Numbered from the stretch's first letter, positions 12,375 to 25,474 are shown. The stretch is DNA of 64,000 nucleotides from Ramazzottius varieornatus (GCA_001949185.1 BDGG01000011.1:140123-204122), one strand, 5' to 3'. Translations and numbers: made by a program. Notes: generated from the sequence alone by a model not told the origin.

Positions 12375-12906
12375 GTAGAATACGGTACTGTACTCCCGCG
12401 ATACACACGCCATACTTCCCTCTGTATTAGGAAAAGTAGTACTGCAAGTAAAAAAGTACCGTAGCGTTAACTGAGCTGATTGTCTGATCAGCTTGTTCTT
12501 TTGACCTGTTGAATTTCTGTTTTCTGTGTTTTCGGTGAAAGAGTCTGAACACTGCTTTACTTTGGTATCCTCCCTTGAACTCTACCTTTTTTGCCTATCA
12601 TAATGGGGACATTTAGAACCCGCTCGGTGTACAGAGTATCGGAAGCTGTAAGGAACTTGAGAGCTATGGCGGAAAGCGGGATGTCGATGTGGTCTTACGC
12701 GAAGGTGGTGAAAATTCCAAGGACAACGATCAGAGATTGGAAGTGAGTGACTTCGATGATCAAATATTTTGAAATGGAGTTGTCTCTTATGATGACAATA
12801 TTTCAGAAAAAAGCTACCGAAAGGAACTTTCAAAGGCCGCAGAAAACCCATGTTTCNNNNNNNNNNNNNNNNNNNNNNNNNNNNNNNNNNNNNNNNNNNN
12901 NNNNNN
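12375..12906. other. Assembly artefact: ~480-bp exact duplication plus a 50-N scaffold gap
   Basis: 12375-12856 is repeated at 12907-13388, directly across the N run 12857-12906. Confidence 0.85.
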
Positions 12907-12919
12907 GTAGAATACGGTA

Positions 12920-14678
12920 CTGTACTCCCGCGATACACACGCCATACTTCCCTCTGTATTAGGAAAAGTAGTACTGCAAGTAAAAAAGTACCGTAGCGTT
13001 AACTGAGCTGATTGTCTGATCAGCTTGTTCTTTTGACCTGTTGAATTTCTGTTTTCTGTGTTTTCGGTGAAAGAGTCTGAACACTGCTTTACTTTGGTAT
13101 CCTCCCTTGAACTCTACCTTTTTTGCCTATCATAATGGGGACATTTAGAACCCGCTCGGTGTACAGAGTATCGGAAGCTGTAAGGAACTTGAGAGCTATG
13201 GCGGAAAGCGGGATGTCGATGTGGTCTTACGCGAAGGTGGTGAAAATTCCAAGGACAACGATCAGAGATTGGAAGTGAGTGACTTCGATGATCAAATATT
13301 TTGAAATGGAGTTGTCTCTTATGATGACAATATTTCAGAAAAAAGCTACCGAAAGGAACTTTCAAAGGCCGCAGAAAACCCATGTTTCAAGATGTGGAAA
13401 AGCGAGTGTACCACGAGGTGATCAAGACTAGAAACGTCAGCTTACCTGTACGCGACTCCGACCTTCGAAAGTGGGCAGCGCAAATCGCGAAAGATTTGAA
13501 CGTGAAAAATTTCAGGGTATCAAACGGTTGGATATACAGCCTGAAGAAGCGATACCGTCTGAGTTATCGGGCAACAACAAAAGTGAGCAGAAAAACGACG
13601 AAGACGGCAGCGGATGAGGTACAACAATAGTTTGCTTTTGTACCAAAATCTTGATGTTCTGTCAGGCTTTCTTATTTTCGAAATTTAAACGTTTAGCTGA
13701 AGATCTGTTCTTACAGCTTGAAGAACATGTCTTCATGGAACGCGTAGAGGAAATTGTTGCCGTAAACAATACTCATCCTAGCCGGATCATCAACTTCGAC
13801 CAGACAAGCGTTCTTCTGCAAAATACTTACGGGAAGACGTTGTCTCCTATTGGAGTGAAGCAAGTGCACGTCATTCAACCTCCAGGGGAAAAGGAACGGT
13901 TTACTGTTGGGCTTGCTGTAACGGGAGACGGACAGAAGTTTCCTGCTGCCATCGTCTTCAAAGGCGGCGTGAAGACTGGACAGTTGTCGGCGAACATTCT
14001 AGGAAAACTGAAAATTCCTGATAACGTTCGCGTTTTCAGTACGCGTACTGCTTGGTGGAATTCGAGGATCGATCACGAATGGATAAAGCAGTCGTTCGAG
14101 GAAGATACTCAGAACACCTTGTACCTCATTCGAGACCATTTTGCAGCTCATCTGAAATTCGAAAGCAGAGAACTTCTAGAAAGCAGGAACGTCGATCAAG
14201 TTTTCATTCCTCGAGGAATGACTGGCACTTATCAGCCGCTAGACGTGGGCATAAACGCTCCATTTAAGGCTAACCTGAAGCGAGCGTATCATGAATGGCG
14301 AAAAGAACGAGCAGAGTTGACAGGTAAAGGATACCTTCGTAAACCCTCCCGACAGGACTTCATCGACTTCGTGTCTCAAGCTTGGGCAGATGTGAATCCA
14401 GAAACAATCGAGAACGCGTTCGTGGGGGCTCAAATTCTACCTGAACCAACATATATGATTGCTAATGAACAAACTTCTGTAGAGAATGATGAAGCGCCAT
14501 TGGAATTTAGCTTTAGTTCGATCGAAGAGAACAGTGGTGACGAAGTGGCGGAAGATTCCTCTTTAGAGTACAGCTTTTCGACTGATTATTGATTCAATAA
14601 AGTTCAAATTTTCTGCCCCCGGGAGGTGCACATTCCTGACGTACGTACGAGTATGGCGTTTGTATCGCGGGAGTACAG
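12920..14678 (+). mobile_element. Pogo-superfamily DNA transposon, full length (1759 bp)
   Basis: TIRs CTGTACTCCCGCGATACA(C/A)ACGCCATAC, flanked by TA on both sides. Encloses a transposase gene. Confidence 0.92.
13135..14592 (+). CDS. Pogo-family DD35D transposase; exons 13135-13274, 13339-13618, 13717-14592
   Basis: N-terminal HTH (KIPRTTIRDWK), CENP-B-type HTH (SNGWIYSLKKRY), catalytic NFDQT / RDHFAAH / QPLDVG with 35 residues between D2 and D3. Spliced frame has no stops. Confidence 0.88.
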
Positions 14679-15025
14679 TATATAAAAAGCTGATGAATGA
14701 ATTCGGCAGGAATTTGCTGCTTGTGTTGACCGTCAGCAAAAGATTTCACTTTGAACTCTTTGTGTCAGACGGATGGCGCAAAAGCGGCATACGCAAACGA
14801 CGTTCGCCAAGCAAGATAATGAATCATGAACGAAGAAGCTTCAAACCGGCACTAGGCCGAAGCATCGCTAAGCTTAGCGTGAAAAAACAGAACATTAGCG
14901 TGTATAACCGTATGGCGTATCGTTGCGGGTACTCTCATGTTTTCTTTCGCATGCAGCTGTAAGTAGACAGCTCACAGCTGTATCGCATCGCCCGTTTGCG
15001 CTGCAGCAACTCGCCTGTCGACAGC

Positions 15026-15987
15026 ATGCTTCGTGCGTTATTTTTTGCGCTCTACTGCTGGCTGGTTGTGGAATGCGCCGATTTGGTCCACACCAACCAA
15101 GTTCCGTGTCTCGGGAATGGAAATAGCCCCTTTGAGAGGAATTGTATTGTACCGGACCTCATCGATACTGCACCAACCGGAGCGATTACCGTTAGTTTTC
15201 CTGCGCCATTTGGGTTAGGATTCACCCTGCACTTATCCCGGATTTTTCGACGCAATTCACTCTTACCTTTCAAAGATAATATACCCGGATGGAAGCAAGG
15301 TAGAATTTGGAAATGAGCTGGATCCGGAAACAGTCAATGCATCTGTCAAAACGATCAGCTGGAAAGCCGACGCTAACAGCCTTTACACCCTTAGCAAATC
15401 AGGTAACTGAGCTATGCCATGATACCTGCAACGTGCGTGAAGAACAGGAAACGTGAAGTGCGGCGCCATCTTTTGACAGTGTCGCCGGCCCTTACGCGTT
15501 TCCTCAAGATACTGTACCGACATGATTACACGGTTTAGCCTTTTTTATCTAGACCCGGACGCTCCAAGTCGTCAGAATGCTTCGAGAGCCCCAATCAACC
15601 ACTGGCTGGTAGTAAACATCCCGGGCAGCGATGTTGGCCAAGGAGATGTCGTTATGCAATATGGAGGAGCCCGTCCTCCGCAAGGATCAGGTACACCTGT
15701 CCGTATGTCGTTTAATCACTGTATATTGGAAGTCCGCTTGTTTAACCCAATAGCTTCATCTCTTGACCCTAGGACTCCATCGATACGTGTTCTTCGTATT
15801 CAAACAGCAAAACAGGATCGATCAAACTGGTCAGGATTTTACAGCGCTAAAGTCAAGCAGAACGAAGTTCGAGATTCGGGACTTTGCCAGGAAGAACGAC
15901 CTTAGACACCCAGTCGCAGGAAATTTCTATGTTGCACAGTTCAGTCAATTCCTGGCACCCAATTCCACAAAAACATCCATCCGTTAA
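15026..15987 (+). CDS. Secreted PEBP paralog lacking the hydrophobic tail; exons 15026-15190, 15276-15402, 15553-15690, 15773-15987
   Basis: Same three intron positions as 7569-9092. Signal peptide, YTLSKSDPDAPS, NHWLVVNIPG, GLHRYVF, AGNFY. Confidence 0.9.
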
Positions 15988-16163
15988 TATTCTTGAAATT
16001 AAACGCTGTTTGTTGCTGGCAGTGTTTTTTACTAAATACATTGTCGCCTCCCTATCGTCGCAAGTTGCAACTGTATCAGAATAACGTTGAGCTTCTTCGC
16101 GGACACTTCGATTTCTGTGTCTGAATAATTAACTAAAGTACCGAGCCCGTATGTGTCTATCCG

Positions 16164-19100
16164 TCATTGCAGTGGCAGTGGGCGAGGCGCAAGTGGTAAC
16201 GGTAGTCTTATTTCCGCGCCGTCTTTGTCCCCGAAAGCCATTGACAAGGTCCCAGTTTCATGGACGCTGAACACCGACATGGTTTCTTTGACCATTGTCC
16301 TGTTCTGCGAAATCACCTGCGCGGCCATTTGCGCCTGCTGCAATTGCATCCCCGGTCTGGTCGGCACAGGTGGCGCCGCTTTCAGCGACGTCGACGAGCT
16401 ACTCTTCATCGGACCCGGTGGCGGCTTGATGGTCGGTATCGCATTCAGCAGATCCTTCATACTGGAACCGTCCAACGTCGGTAAGGCGTTTACGGCGATC
16501 TGACTCAACTGCCTCTTCTCATTGTCGATCATGGGTAGCGGTTGCGGCAGGTCATTGCGTTCAGGTGTTAGCGTCTCAACTACTACTTCATCGATGATTC
16601 TCAACGCTTTTCGGCATGTCTCGTAGGTGGCGAGGGCGGCACGGCGTCTGGCTACTGCGCTGACGGACTCTTCCATGAGCACTTGCTGGTTGCCGAGAGC
16701 GTAGAGGTCGGGTAAGAGTTCACAGTGGATGTACTGCTTCATCTCGCTGATCAGAAGGTGAACAATGGTCTTCGGCACGGTATCGCGGACGTTCTTGCAG
16801 ACGATCTTCATGTAGGATTCGACGAGGTTGCGGATAATGTCAACTTGGCGTTCCAGTTGGGGATCCATGGTGTCCGTGCCACCGTTAATGCTGTGCTGAA
16901 ACTACCAACGGAGTACCTGTTGTGCTCAGCTTACGTACAGTATCTGGGTCACCATGTAGAAAAATTCCAATTTTAAGTCTGCCACGGAGGAAAGTTTTTC
17001 GAAAGTCGAGCACGAATTTCATCTGTCTTCAGCTCGATTTTGTAAACTGATAACGTAGACTTACGATATTTTTGATTTTCTCTTCGACTCTGGTCACTTC
17101 TATTCCAGCTTTCGCAAAGGCGTTCCGCCACCGATCCATTTCGTCAGCGTTAGTGCAGGTTAGCTCGAGCTGTTTCTGGTTCTTGTAGACGCACCGGCCA
17201 TCCGTATTGTACAACGCAACCACCGGTCTCCGGGATAGGAACCCAGCGTCGATTTCGAGATACTTTAGGCCTTTGACCGGTATGATGAATTTCCGTTCGA
17301 CCTCACTCATGTCGTTGTACCAGGTGAAATCCTCCACGGTAAGTACGAACCACTGGTCTTTCGCACCTCGCATGAAGTTACCGGTGCGCTGTACGGTCAA
17401 GTAGCCTTTGCGGATTACCGGGTTCTCCACGGAAGGCTTGGTTGACTTATTGGCCGTCTCCGTCGTTGCGTTACTGTAGAAAAACATCAATTTGGATGAC
17501 AGAGACAGACACGTGGAAAAATTATTGGCTGACCTTGGTCCGAAATTTTGGAAGCCAATAAAGTCCTCATGGTTGGTATTCATATACGCCAATTCAATAT
17601 CCAACATCATTCTAATTTGGTCCTTGGCCGTCTTTTCCTTTATCCTCATCTGTCTTGAAATCAACTTTTCCACTTCATCTCTCAACCGCGGGAACAACAC
17701 TAGCTTTTCGCTAATCTCATGCAGTATCTTTGCCAGTTCCGCTACAACCATATCCACACACCTCAACGCCGGTTCCTTCAGTTTCACAATCTGCGTCCTG
17801 ACGATCGTCTCGAAAGCTTTATCTGGTGTGAACAAGCCTATCCGTACACCGTGGATATTCCGTATAGCATACGCGATCTCCCGTCGAAGTTCCGTTTCTG
17901 CGAAGTTGGTTTTTTCCATCTCGTAAGCAAACTGTTCGTGGAAGAGCCGGTTGATCCGAGCACCACCACTCAATTCGTTCGTGTTGACGTCGTAATGTCC
18001 AGCGGCAGCACCTTCGATCACCCGCTCGAAGTCGTTGGCAAACTGTTGGATGAGGACCAGCATGAGCTTGGTGCGCTTGGCGGGCTCATCATCGGCTGTG
18101 TAGACGTGGTAGTCACGCATTTGTTTCTCCATTGCGGTCACTTGTTTTTGGATTCGTTCGCGCATGGTGGGTAGAACATCGTGGATGTGCTGTATTAGCT
18201 CGCGGTTGAGGACTTGTTGGAGGTACGGTGTACCCATCCGGTTTGCCATATGCCTGGAAAGGAATATAGAAGAATGACGGAAGAGACAAGGTGGAAGCGA
18301 CCCGGGCACGCGGACAGAAACTAAATTCAATGAGATAAAAAACAGCAACTTTTGAAAAGAAAATCAATGGAGGAGATGATTGAAGTCGTTAGACCTTTCT
18401 GGTCTTCGGTGATGTTCCCGCTTACCTATAACACGGGTGGTTTAGAAAGAAATTCTGCTCACTTTCCAAAGCAGCGTAGATATCTTTCCGTCCATCGATA
18501 TCTTTTTGACTCCGACTCACCACCCCGATATAGCCTCTCCTCAGCGGTAAAAGCTTGTTCTCGAAGATCTCCCGCGCGTCGGTACCTTCGTCCATCAGGT
18601 CCAGCTTGGTTATCACCCCTATAGTCCGCATCCCCATCGGGTCAATCTCCTTCGAGATCTTCAAGGCGTCTGAATTGGCCAAGTCAGAGTTGGCGGGTGA
18701 AACTGCGAGGATCAGACAGTTTTCTCGCTTGACGTAGTCCAGTACTATCTCACGAATCTGTTTCTCGATGTCTTTCGGCTGGTCACCGATGGGGACCTTG
18801 GTCATACCAGGTAGATCGATTAATGTCAGGTTGAGGACTGTAAAAATACAGAGGAAAATCTCACTACTGCACAGTTGACTGGGGATATTAGAATATTAGG
18901 AGAATTATGCATTTATGCTCACTGAAGGCTGTTTATCCGCACCGTGAGGCGAATGGATCTTGAGTTGGATTGGTACAGGAGAGATATTTTTGTTGTGACC
19001 CACCAAGCGATCAGTTTCACGCTCGATCTCCCGGCGGATTTCCAAAAAGTCAGTGAACTTCTGATTTTTGCAGTGCAGGAACTCGCCATATTCTTCGGAG

Positions 19101-19330
19101 GATGTAAGAAGCTGGAGGATCAAAGGGCGGCGGGTGACGATGCCCGAACCTCGTGGAAGGAAGTCTCGACCGACAAAATTTTCCAACACGCTACTCTTCC
19201 CAGCGCTTTGTCCACCAATGACGGCTATCTGAGGAAGGTCGAGGCCGTACGGGATGGGTAGCTGCGAGAAGGCCTGCTGCAAGCGGTTGACCATCAATAT
19301 CAACCGCTGCATCCCGGAATTCTCAGCCAT
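16164..19330 (-). CDS. Classical dynamin (GTPase, middle, PH, GED, short Pro-rich tail), ~886 aa; exons 19330-18943, 18837-18426, 18253-17534, 17473-17065, 16895-16164
   Basis: [17 protein letters not shown] and TKLD motifs; ELSGGARI; [10 protein letters not shown]; PH domain (RKGYL..WFVL); [12 protein letters not shown]. Exons sum to 2661 nt, in frame. Confidence 0.95.
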
Positions 19331-20189
19331 GGAGATTAAGGTCTCAAACAGACATCGACGATGTTTCACAAGGAACGCTCAAAACTAACGGTGGCACGAA
19401 TACGAGGAAAGATGGAAACACTCCAGCACAAACTCATTATTACGGTCGTTCTCAACCTCAATTTCGAAATGCGGAGCGACTTTGACGAGCTTTCAAAGAC
19501 GCATGGCAACACTACACGTCACCATCTCGGGGCCCATTCGGACCATCCCAGATCATCAAAGGGTTTTGCAAACGTAACAAGATGGACGCTCTGGAACTTA
19601 CACAACGCGAGTGGCTCGAATCACGGAGGAAATAACACAAACATTATTAATTTCACTTGAGGTGTTGGTTGAGGTCTCCAGCGGTCAAGCGGGGACGCTT
19701 TCCGACTCAGTGAACAGCAGTACTGTTAGAAAGAGACACATGACGTCGTTGCGAGCCGTTACCGTTTGGTTCGGCGACGGTGGCACCGAGTGGAGTCGAA
19801 CGGCTGGTCCTGCAGCTGGTGTGACTCATGACGTCACGTGCACGATGGAAAAACAATCGACTTTCTAGGCTTCTTCCATTTTCTTTCACACTTTTTCAAC
19901 GCTTTTGTGTTCCATTGTTTCGTTTTCTCTCATGGACGTTGACACAGCTTGAGGACCTCGCTGTGGGAGTCGAACCGCCAGACGTGAGACGTACTCCGAA
20001 AAGAAGGTGAAATGACTAACATCCACTGAAGGCACGCGCTGCGTTCTGGCTTCTAACCTTTACTGTGGAATACCTGATACTGTATAGTCAGTCCTCTTAT
20101 CGTCTTACCTGAAGATTTTATCTTTCAGATAAGTTTACGGGAGATCGGTCGGAAGTTTTCATCTTAGTACAAGCTTGGATACAGCCACC
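19331..20189. promoter_or_regulatory. Probable bidirectional promoter between dynamin and RanBP9/10
   Basis: Divergent start codons 859 bp apart. Central CRE/E-box-like cluster GTGACTCATGACGTCACGTG at ~19821-19840. Confidence 0.45.
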
Positions 20190-23100
20190 ATGACGCCGTT
20201 TGAACAAAGGATAGCAGAGCTGTATCCCTGGGTCAACCAGGCTGAAACTCCAATCCCTCTGGCATGGAATCCCAAGGATAAATTTAATCACATATCCTTG
20301 GCTCAAAACAACACGAGGATGATGTACAAAGGTGGGCCAAGTTCCTTACAAACCAGCAAAAAATATGAAACGCAAACGGAAGTAAAATTTGGTGTAGCAC
20401 CTGGGTGAAATGCTAAAGACGTCACGAGTGTAATGCATGATGTCTGTGTTGTTCGTACATCCCCCTAAGCTCTTCGATGACGTCATGCGCGTGGATACAA
20501 GGCGTTCGAATTTAGATTTAAAATGCGAGGGTCGACCACGTGATGTTTGCCAGGTAGCTTTCGCATGACCGGTCACGTGTTGGCGTGGTTTATTTGCACG
20601 GTGAATTTCATTTCGCTTTCAGGTCCAGGCAAGTCCCAAAAGGACGCAGCTGCCTGCCGAGCCACGCATCCCATTCCCGTTTCCTGTGGGTTGTACTATT
20701 ACGAAGTGAAAGTGCTCAGTAAAGGCAAAGAAGGCTACATCGGCGTGGGCTTCTCCTTGGAAGACGTCAACAACAACCGACTACCAGGCTGGGATAAAGG
20801 CTCGTACGGCTATCACGGCGACGACGGTCATTCCTTCTGGTCATCTGGCAGTGGCCGTCCTTACGGTCCGACCTTCACGACGGGAGACATCGTGGGCTGT
20901 GGGGTGGATATGGTGCACAACAGGTGCTTCTACACGCTGAACGGAAGAGACCTAGGGATCGCCTTCACTGATCTACCACCGAACCTATACCCGTGTGTGG
21001 GACTACAGTCAGCTGGCGAAACGGTCGAGACCAACTTCGGCCAGAACCCTTTCGTGTTCGATGTGGACATGGCAAGGAAGGAACTGATGATAGAGTCGAG
21101 ACTGATCATTGCTAGGTTTTCACCTAAGTTGAGCCGTGGCGAATGGGAACAGACTTTGCAAAGGTTTGAGTCGAATTATTCACTGAGAAATACTTATGTA
21201 AATATTGCTATTGTTCCTTTTCCAGAGTTGTGCTGGATTACCTTGTCCACAACGGATACCACGCTTCAGCAGAAGCTTTCTCAAAGTCGAGCGGATTAGA
21301 AGTTAAAGAAGCCACAGCGTCGATGGCCAACAGGCAGAATATTCAGAGACTGGTCTTGGAAGGTAGAATCAGCGATGCCATTGCGATGACTTCACAGTTG
21401 TTTCCTGGCGTGCTGGAAAAGAACCCTGGACTCTTATTCCGCCTCAAAGTCAGGCAGTTCATCGAGATGGTCAGTGGCGCGGACGAGGGAGACAACGAAG
21501 TCTCCTACGAAGGTTAGTGCACATTTTTTCTGAAATTTCCGGTTTAGAATATCGATTTTCAGTTATTGTATCAATATCATATAGTTATGCCAGAGAAGTA
21601 GAAACCGGGCTTATTGTCAGTAAGCCTTATGTGCGGAATGCCGATTGCGTGGTGTCGATTTGAATCGGGTATAGTCCATCTGAGTAGAAATCCGGGTGGC
21701 TTTGGGGTGGGATGCTATCGGAAAGACCTCTATATCTATTTTGGAAGACTCACTTTCTTTACAGTGAAAGCCCCAACAAGGCACAACAGAACACCAAGTC
21801 CGCGGGACATGAACAAGAATGGCTCGTCGCGAAAAACGGATCGTTCTGCTGCTCAGCAGTTCGAATACGACATGGACACGGAACTGGTAGAAGAGGAACC
21901 GTTGGTTGATCTGAACATTTCCATGGACGTCGACAACACCACAGTCACAGTCGCTGACGGTGATAAGCATGCCAATGGGGATAGCGTAGCTCAGTCTATG
22001 GACTTCGAAGACGACGATGACGAAGAAAATCGTCCACCGTTCATCCTCAACGCGGCCATGCTGACGAGAACGCTCATGTTCGGCAAGCATCTCCACGAGT
22101 TCTTCGCTGAGATGCGGCTGGACCAGGGTCGGAACAACGAAAACCAGAAACTTCTTGCGGTAACAAAGTTCTTAAGTTTCCAAGTGTTTCTTTCGATTTT
22201 TTTCTAGATTTGATTTTGTTTCCAGGATGCTTTCAGTTTGATGGCGTACAGTGATCCATGGGCGTCTCCGCTCAAGCATCTTCTTGATCATCAGCAAAGG
22301 GAACCCGTTGCCGCTGCGTTAAACAGTTCAATTTTAGGTAGGAAAGTCTTCGTTAAAAATAATTTCAATCGCTGTTTTATTTCCGGATTTTACGAAGCTC
22401 GACAAACAAATTCACCCAGATCGTTTCTCAGGCGGCGTACCTTCTTAGTGATATTGGCTGGAAGCGTGCGCCACTTGGGACAGCGATCTCATCGAGTTTG
22501 TTTGCCAAGCTTCCGAATGCTCATAAAGTATACCATCTTAACACCTTGAGCACTGCGCGATTTCGTGCTTTCAGAATACGATGCGGGTAAGTCACTTTCG
22601 CCTTGTTTTAACTGGTTAATACTTGGGGCGGTGCCAAATTAGAGCAATCACCACCTCATCGACTGGCCAAAATTTTGGAATATGATGTAGAGTGCGCCAC
22701 CTGCCAACTCAAAACGGCCAGGCTTCAAGGTTTTTTTAATGACCACTGGGCAGATCTTTCCACGAATCTGATACTTTCGCAAGATACTAAAATGTTTGGG
22801 CTCGCGCAACAATTATGTTGGTGACTCCCGACTAACTGAGAGCCTGGCTGGAAGGTAATTTGCCGGCTACGCCGAAATCCCGTTAAGAAAGGAAAAAAAT
22901 TCCACACAGGTTTGCAGAGCCAGTGTCCAGTAGCCGCTAGTTTTAGTTTTAAGAAGGGTTGATTGTCCGGGCAAACGGAAAAAAAACGGGGAGCAAAAGG
23001 GAAACTGGAAACTTGCTGCGCACGAATGAGTGTGCGCCGGGAAAGTGAGTTTCCCGCCCCGTGCTCAAAGTGTTAATAACGTGGATGTTCTGGTTTGTAG

Positions 23101-23342
23101 TTTCGGTTTCTACATCAGCTTCGCGGCCTTCCATGCATCCTTCGCTGAAGGTTCTGTTGGGAATGAGCAAGCGGATGTTTCCAGTGCTGGCGAAGAAAGG
23201 CAATGGAGTGATCGGCTTCGAGAATGTCTTTTCTGTGTTGAAGTCCCTAGATTCGATGCAAGTTGATACCAAAGAGATCGGAATGCTCTCGCCTTTTAGC
23301 CCTAGTGTCATATCAGAAAATAATTCACCCACTAACCTGTAA
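20190..23342 (+). CDS. RANBP9: Ran-binding protein 9/10-like (SPRY-LisH-CTLH-CRA; GID/CTLH complex scaffold); exons ~20190-20331, 20623-21163, 21226-21512, 21765-22159, 22226-22337, micro-exon 22575-22586, 23119-23342
   Basis: GCCACCATG start. SPRY ([30 protein letters not shown]), LisH (YLVHNGY), CTLH ([14 protein letters not shown]), CRA ([25 protein letters not shown]). The last two exons are less certain. Confidence 0.9.
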
Positions 23343-23722
23343 ACGTGTTTTATGTCCTACCTTGTGGTTTTATGCAGTTTAGTTTCGCTCCAGGCCGTTC
23401 TGTTGGCCATCTCGTAGACAATACTTTCTACCGTAATATCACCGCAGATATGCAGTTAAGGCAGCAGGGGACTTGAAATATACCGGATTGTCGCTGCATT
23501 TTTTCGCTGACCTAGTCAGGGAAGTCGCCTGCGTGAAACGATACACAGTAAGATTATTTCGGCCGAGTGGGATAAGGTTGTTTTGCCTACAACCGCAATC
23601 AACTGACCGATTGCGCTGTGCAGTGTGAGGTGAAAATATGGGACGTCCGCAAAAAAAAAACTTCAATAAGATCGACATTCCAAGTGGCGCACGGTTTCAC
23701 TGATCGGAGAACTATCCGAACC

Positions 23723-24458
23723 ATGAAGGTCTTCGTCTTCCTTGCAGTCCTCGTGGCTGCCGCCAGCGCCAGTTCGCACCACCGCGTCCGCCGAGCCAAC
23801 GGGGACCAGCAACCCAAAGTCTGGGATGCTCTGGCACGACTGCGTGGGAAGGCACCTTTGGAAAGCGAGGAGATTCAACAGCTGGTGGCCAATGCCCAGG
23901 CAGGACAAGACTACCCCACTCTTTCGGAGATTCCTGCGGTCAACATTGACTGCGCTTCCTTTAAGCAGCCTGGTTTCTACGCTGACCAGAACAACCGATT
24001 TCAGGTCTTTCACCGATGCGACGTCAATGGAAACTTGACCAGCTGCTTGTGCCCTAACATGACGGTTGGTTTTTCCCATTTTGAATTTGATGCTTTGTCA
24101 AATTAGACAGTGTTCTTCAAGCGTTGTTTTTATAGTTGTTCAACCAAATCACCTTGATCTGCGACGCCTTCTACAACGTGGACTGCGGCCAGTCGGGACA
24201 GTTTCAAGACCACTCCAACAGCCGCCTGTACCAGGAAGGTGCCGTTTTGTTGATAATCAGGACGAGATTGCCGTTCAGCAAACCACGGTAGCCGTACAGT
24301 CGCAGAGTGGTAATACCTCCAGCAGATCATCGAGCTCGAGCAAAAGTCAGCAACAGGCACGTTCAGAGACCTCTGAAACGAGCGAGAGTGTCGACGCTGC
24401 ACCCGCCAGCGATGCCTCCGACCCAATAAAGAAAGACCAGGTCAAGAAAAGACGCTGA
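23723..24458 (+). pseudogene. Secreted single ChtBD2/CBM14 chitin-binding protein (CPAP1-like) with probable lesions; intron 24065-24135
   Basis: Signal peptide, RVRR site, then DC..GFYAD...QVFHRC...LCPNMTLFNQITLICD.FYNVDC. One expected Cys is Phe, and the Ser/Glu-rich tail needs a frameshift near 24252. Confidence 0.7.
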
Positions 24459-25474
24459 ACGACGAGCGAACGGAGTCGGAACGACCCTCTGAGCTGTATT
24501 TCCCCAGGTTGTTTCAAGATCCGGGTGCGCAGCCGTTCCCTAGTCCGGTCCGTTTTCGATCGCGATGCGATCCGCTTCGCTTCCAATCCGTTTCTTTTCT
24601 TTGATTATACATGATTTGCTTCCGTCGAAACACGTTCGGATAAGTCCGCACAAGTTTCGGACAGGCAGGTAGCCCGACGGCCAGCTGTCAAGTTTTGCTG
24701 GAGGTTTCTGACATGACTTATAGAGCCTCACTCTTGTTGAAATGGGTCACTCGGTACCTTCTCCTACAGCCGTTCACTCGAGAACGAACCACGCATGTGG
24801 CTCACCAGACCGGTTATCGGGAACGATGAAGCGTTTCCTATAAACTGGTGCTATCGAAATAGCCGAACAAGCTCAACTAAGATTTTCAGTGAGATTTCTG
24901 TTTTGTCTGTTCGGCCACTTGCCGCCATGGCATGTTTTGAAACGCGTTGCGTCATTAGTATGCTCCGCCTACCCAGAAAGTGCGCAGTATCGCCAGCGCA
25001 AGCAGGCTGCGCCAGTGCGCACTAGCCAGTCTGGTGACGCGTCGTTCTGTCTCTGGTGGCAGGTCGTTCGGGACGTGAACAGGATCGGTACAGGACTCGT
25101 AGGTTCATGGGGAGACTCAAAGCCAGTGAAAGCGGAACTTTACTGTAACAACTCTAGCAACTGCTTTCCATAAAACCTCTTTTTTATAATCGCACCCTAC
25201 GAGCCATTTTCCTTCGAATCCTCTATGTTCACGAAATCTGCTCTTGAACTGCTGCTCACTGCCGTTGCACTTTTTACCCAAAAATACGCGATGACAATGC
25301 ACTTAAAGCACTTGGCGCATAAAGTGAATTTTGCTGTGGCTCTGATGGTCTAAATTCCTGTAATCTATGTGTGCAGAACAGCAAAAGGTGTAGTTCGATA
25401 TCGAAGAAGCTCAATTGAACTTACTGTGTTGGTCGTCACCAACGCCGAAGCGCAAGAACGCTTGCTGACCTATA

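Noticed and set aside
12375-13388. Tandem duplication of the pogo left end, or an LTR-like direct repeat
   Set aside because: The copies are identical and abut a 50-N gap, the signature of unmerged contig overlap.
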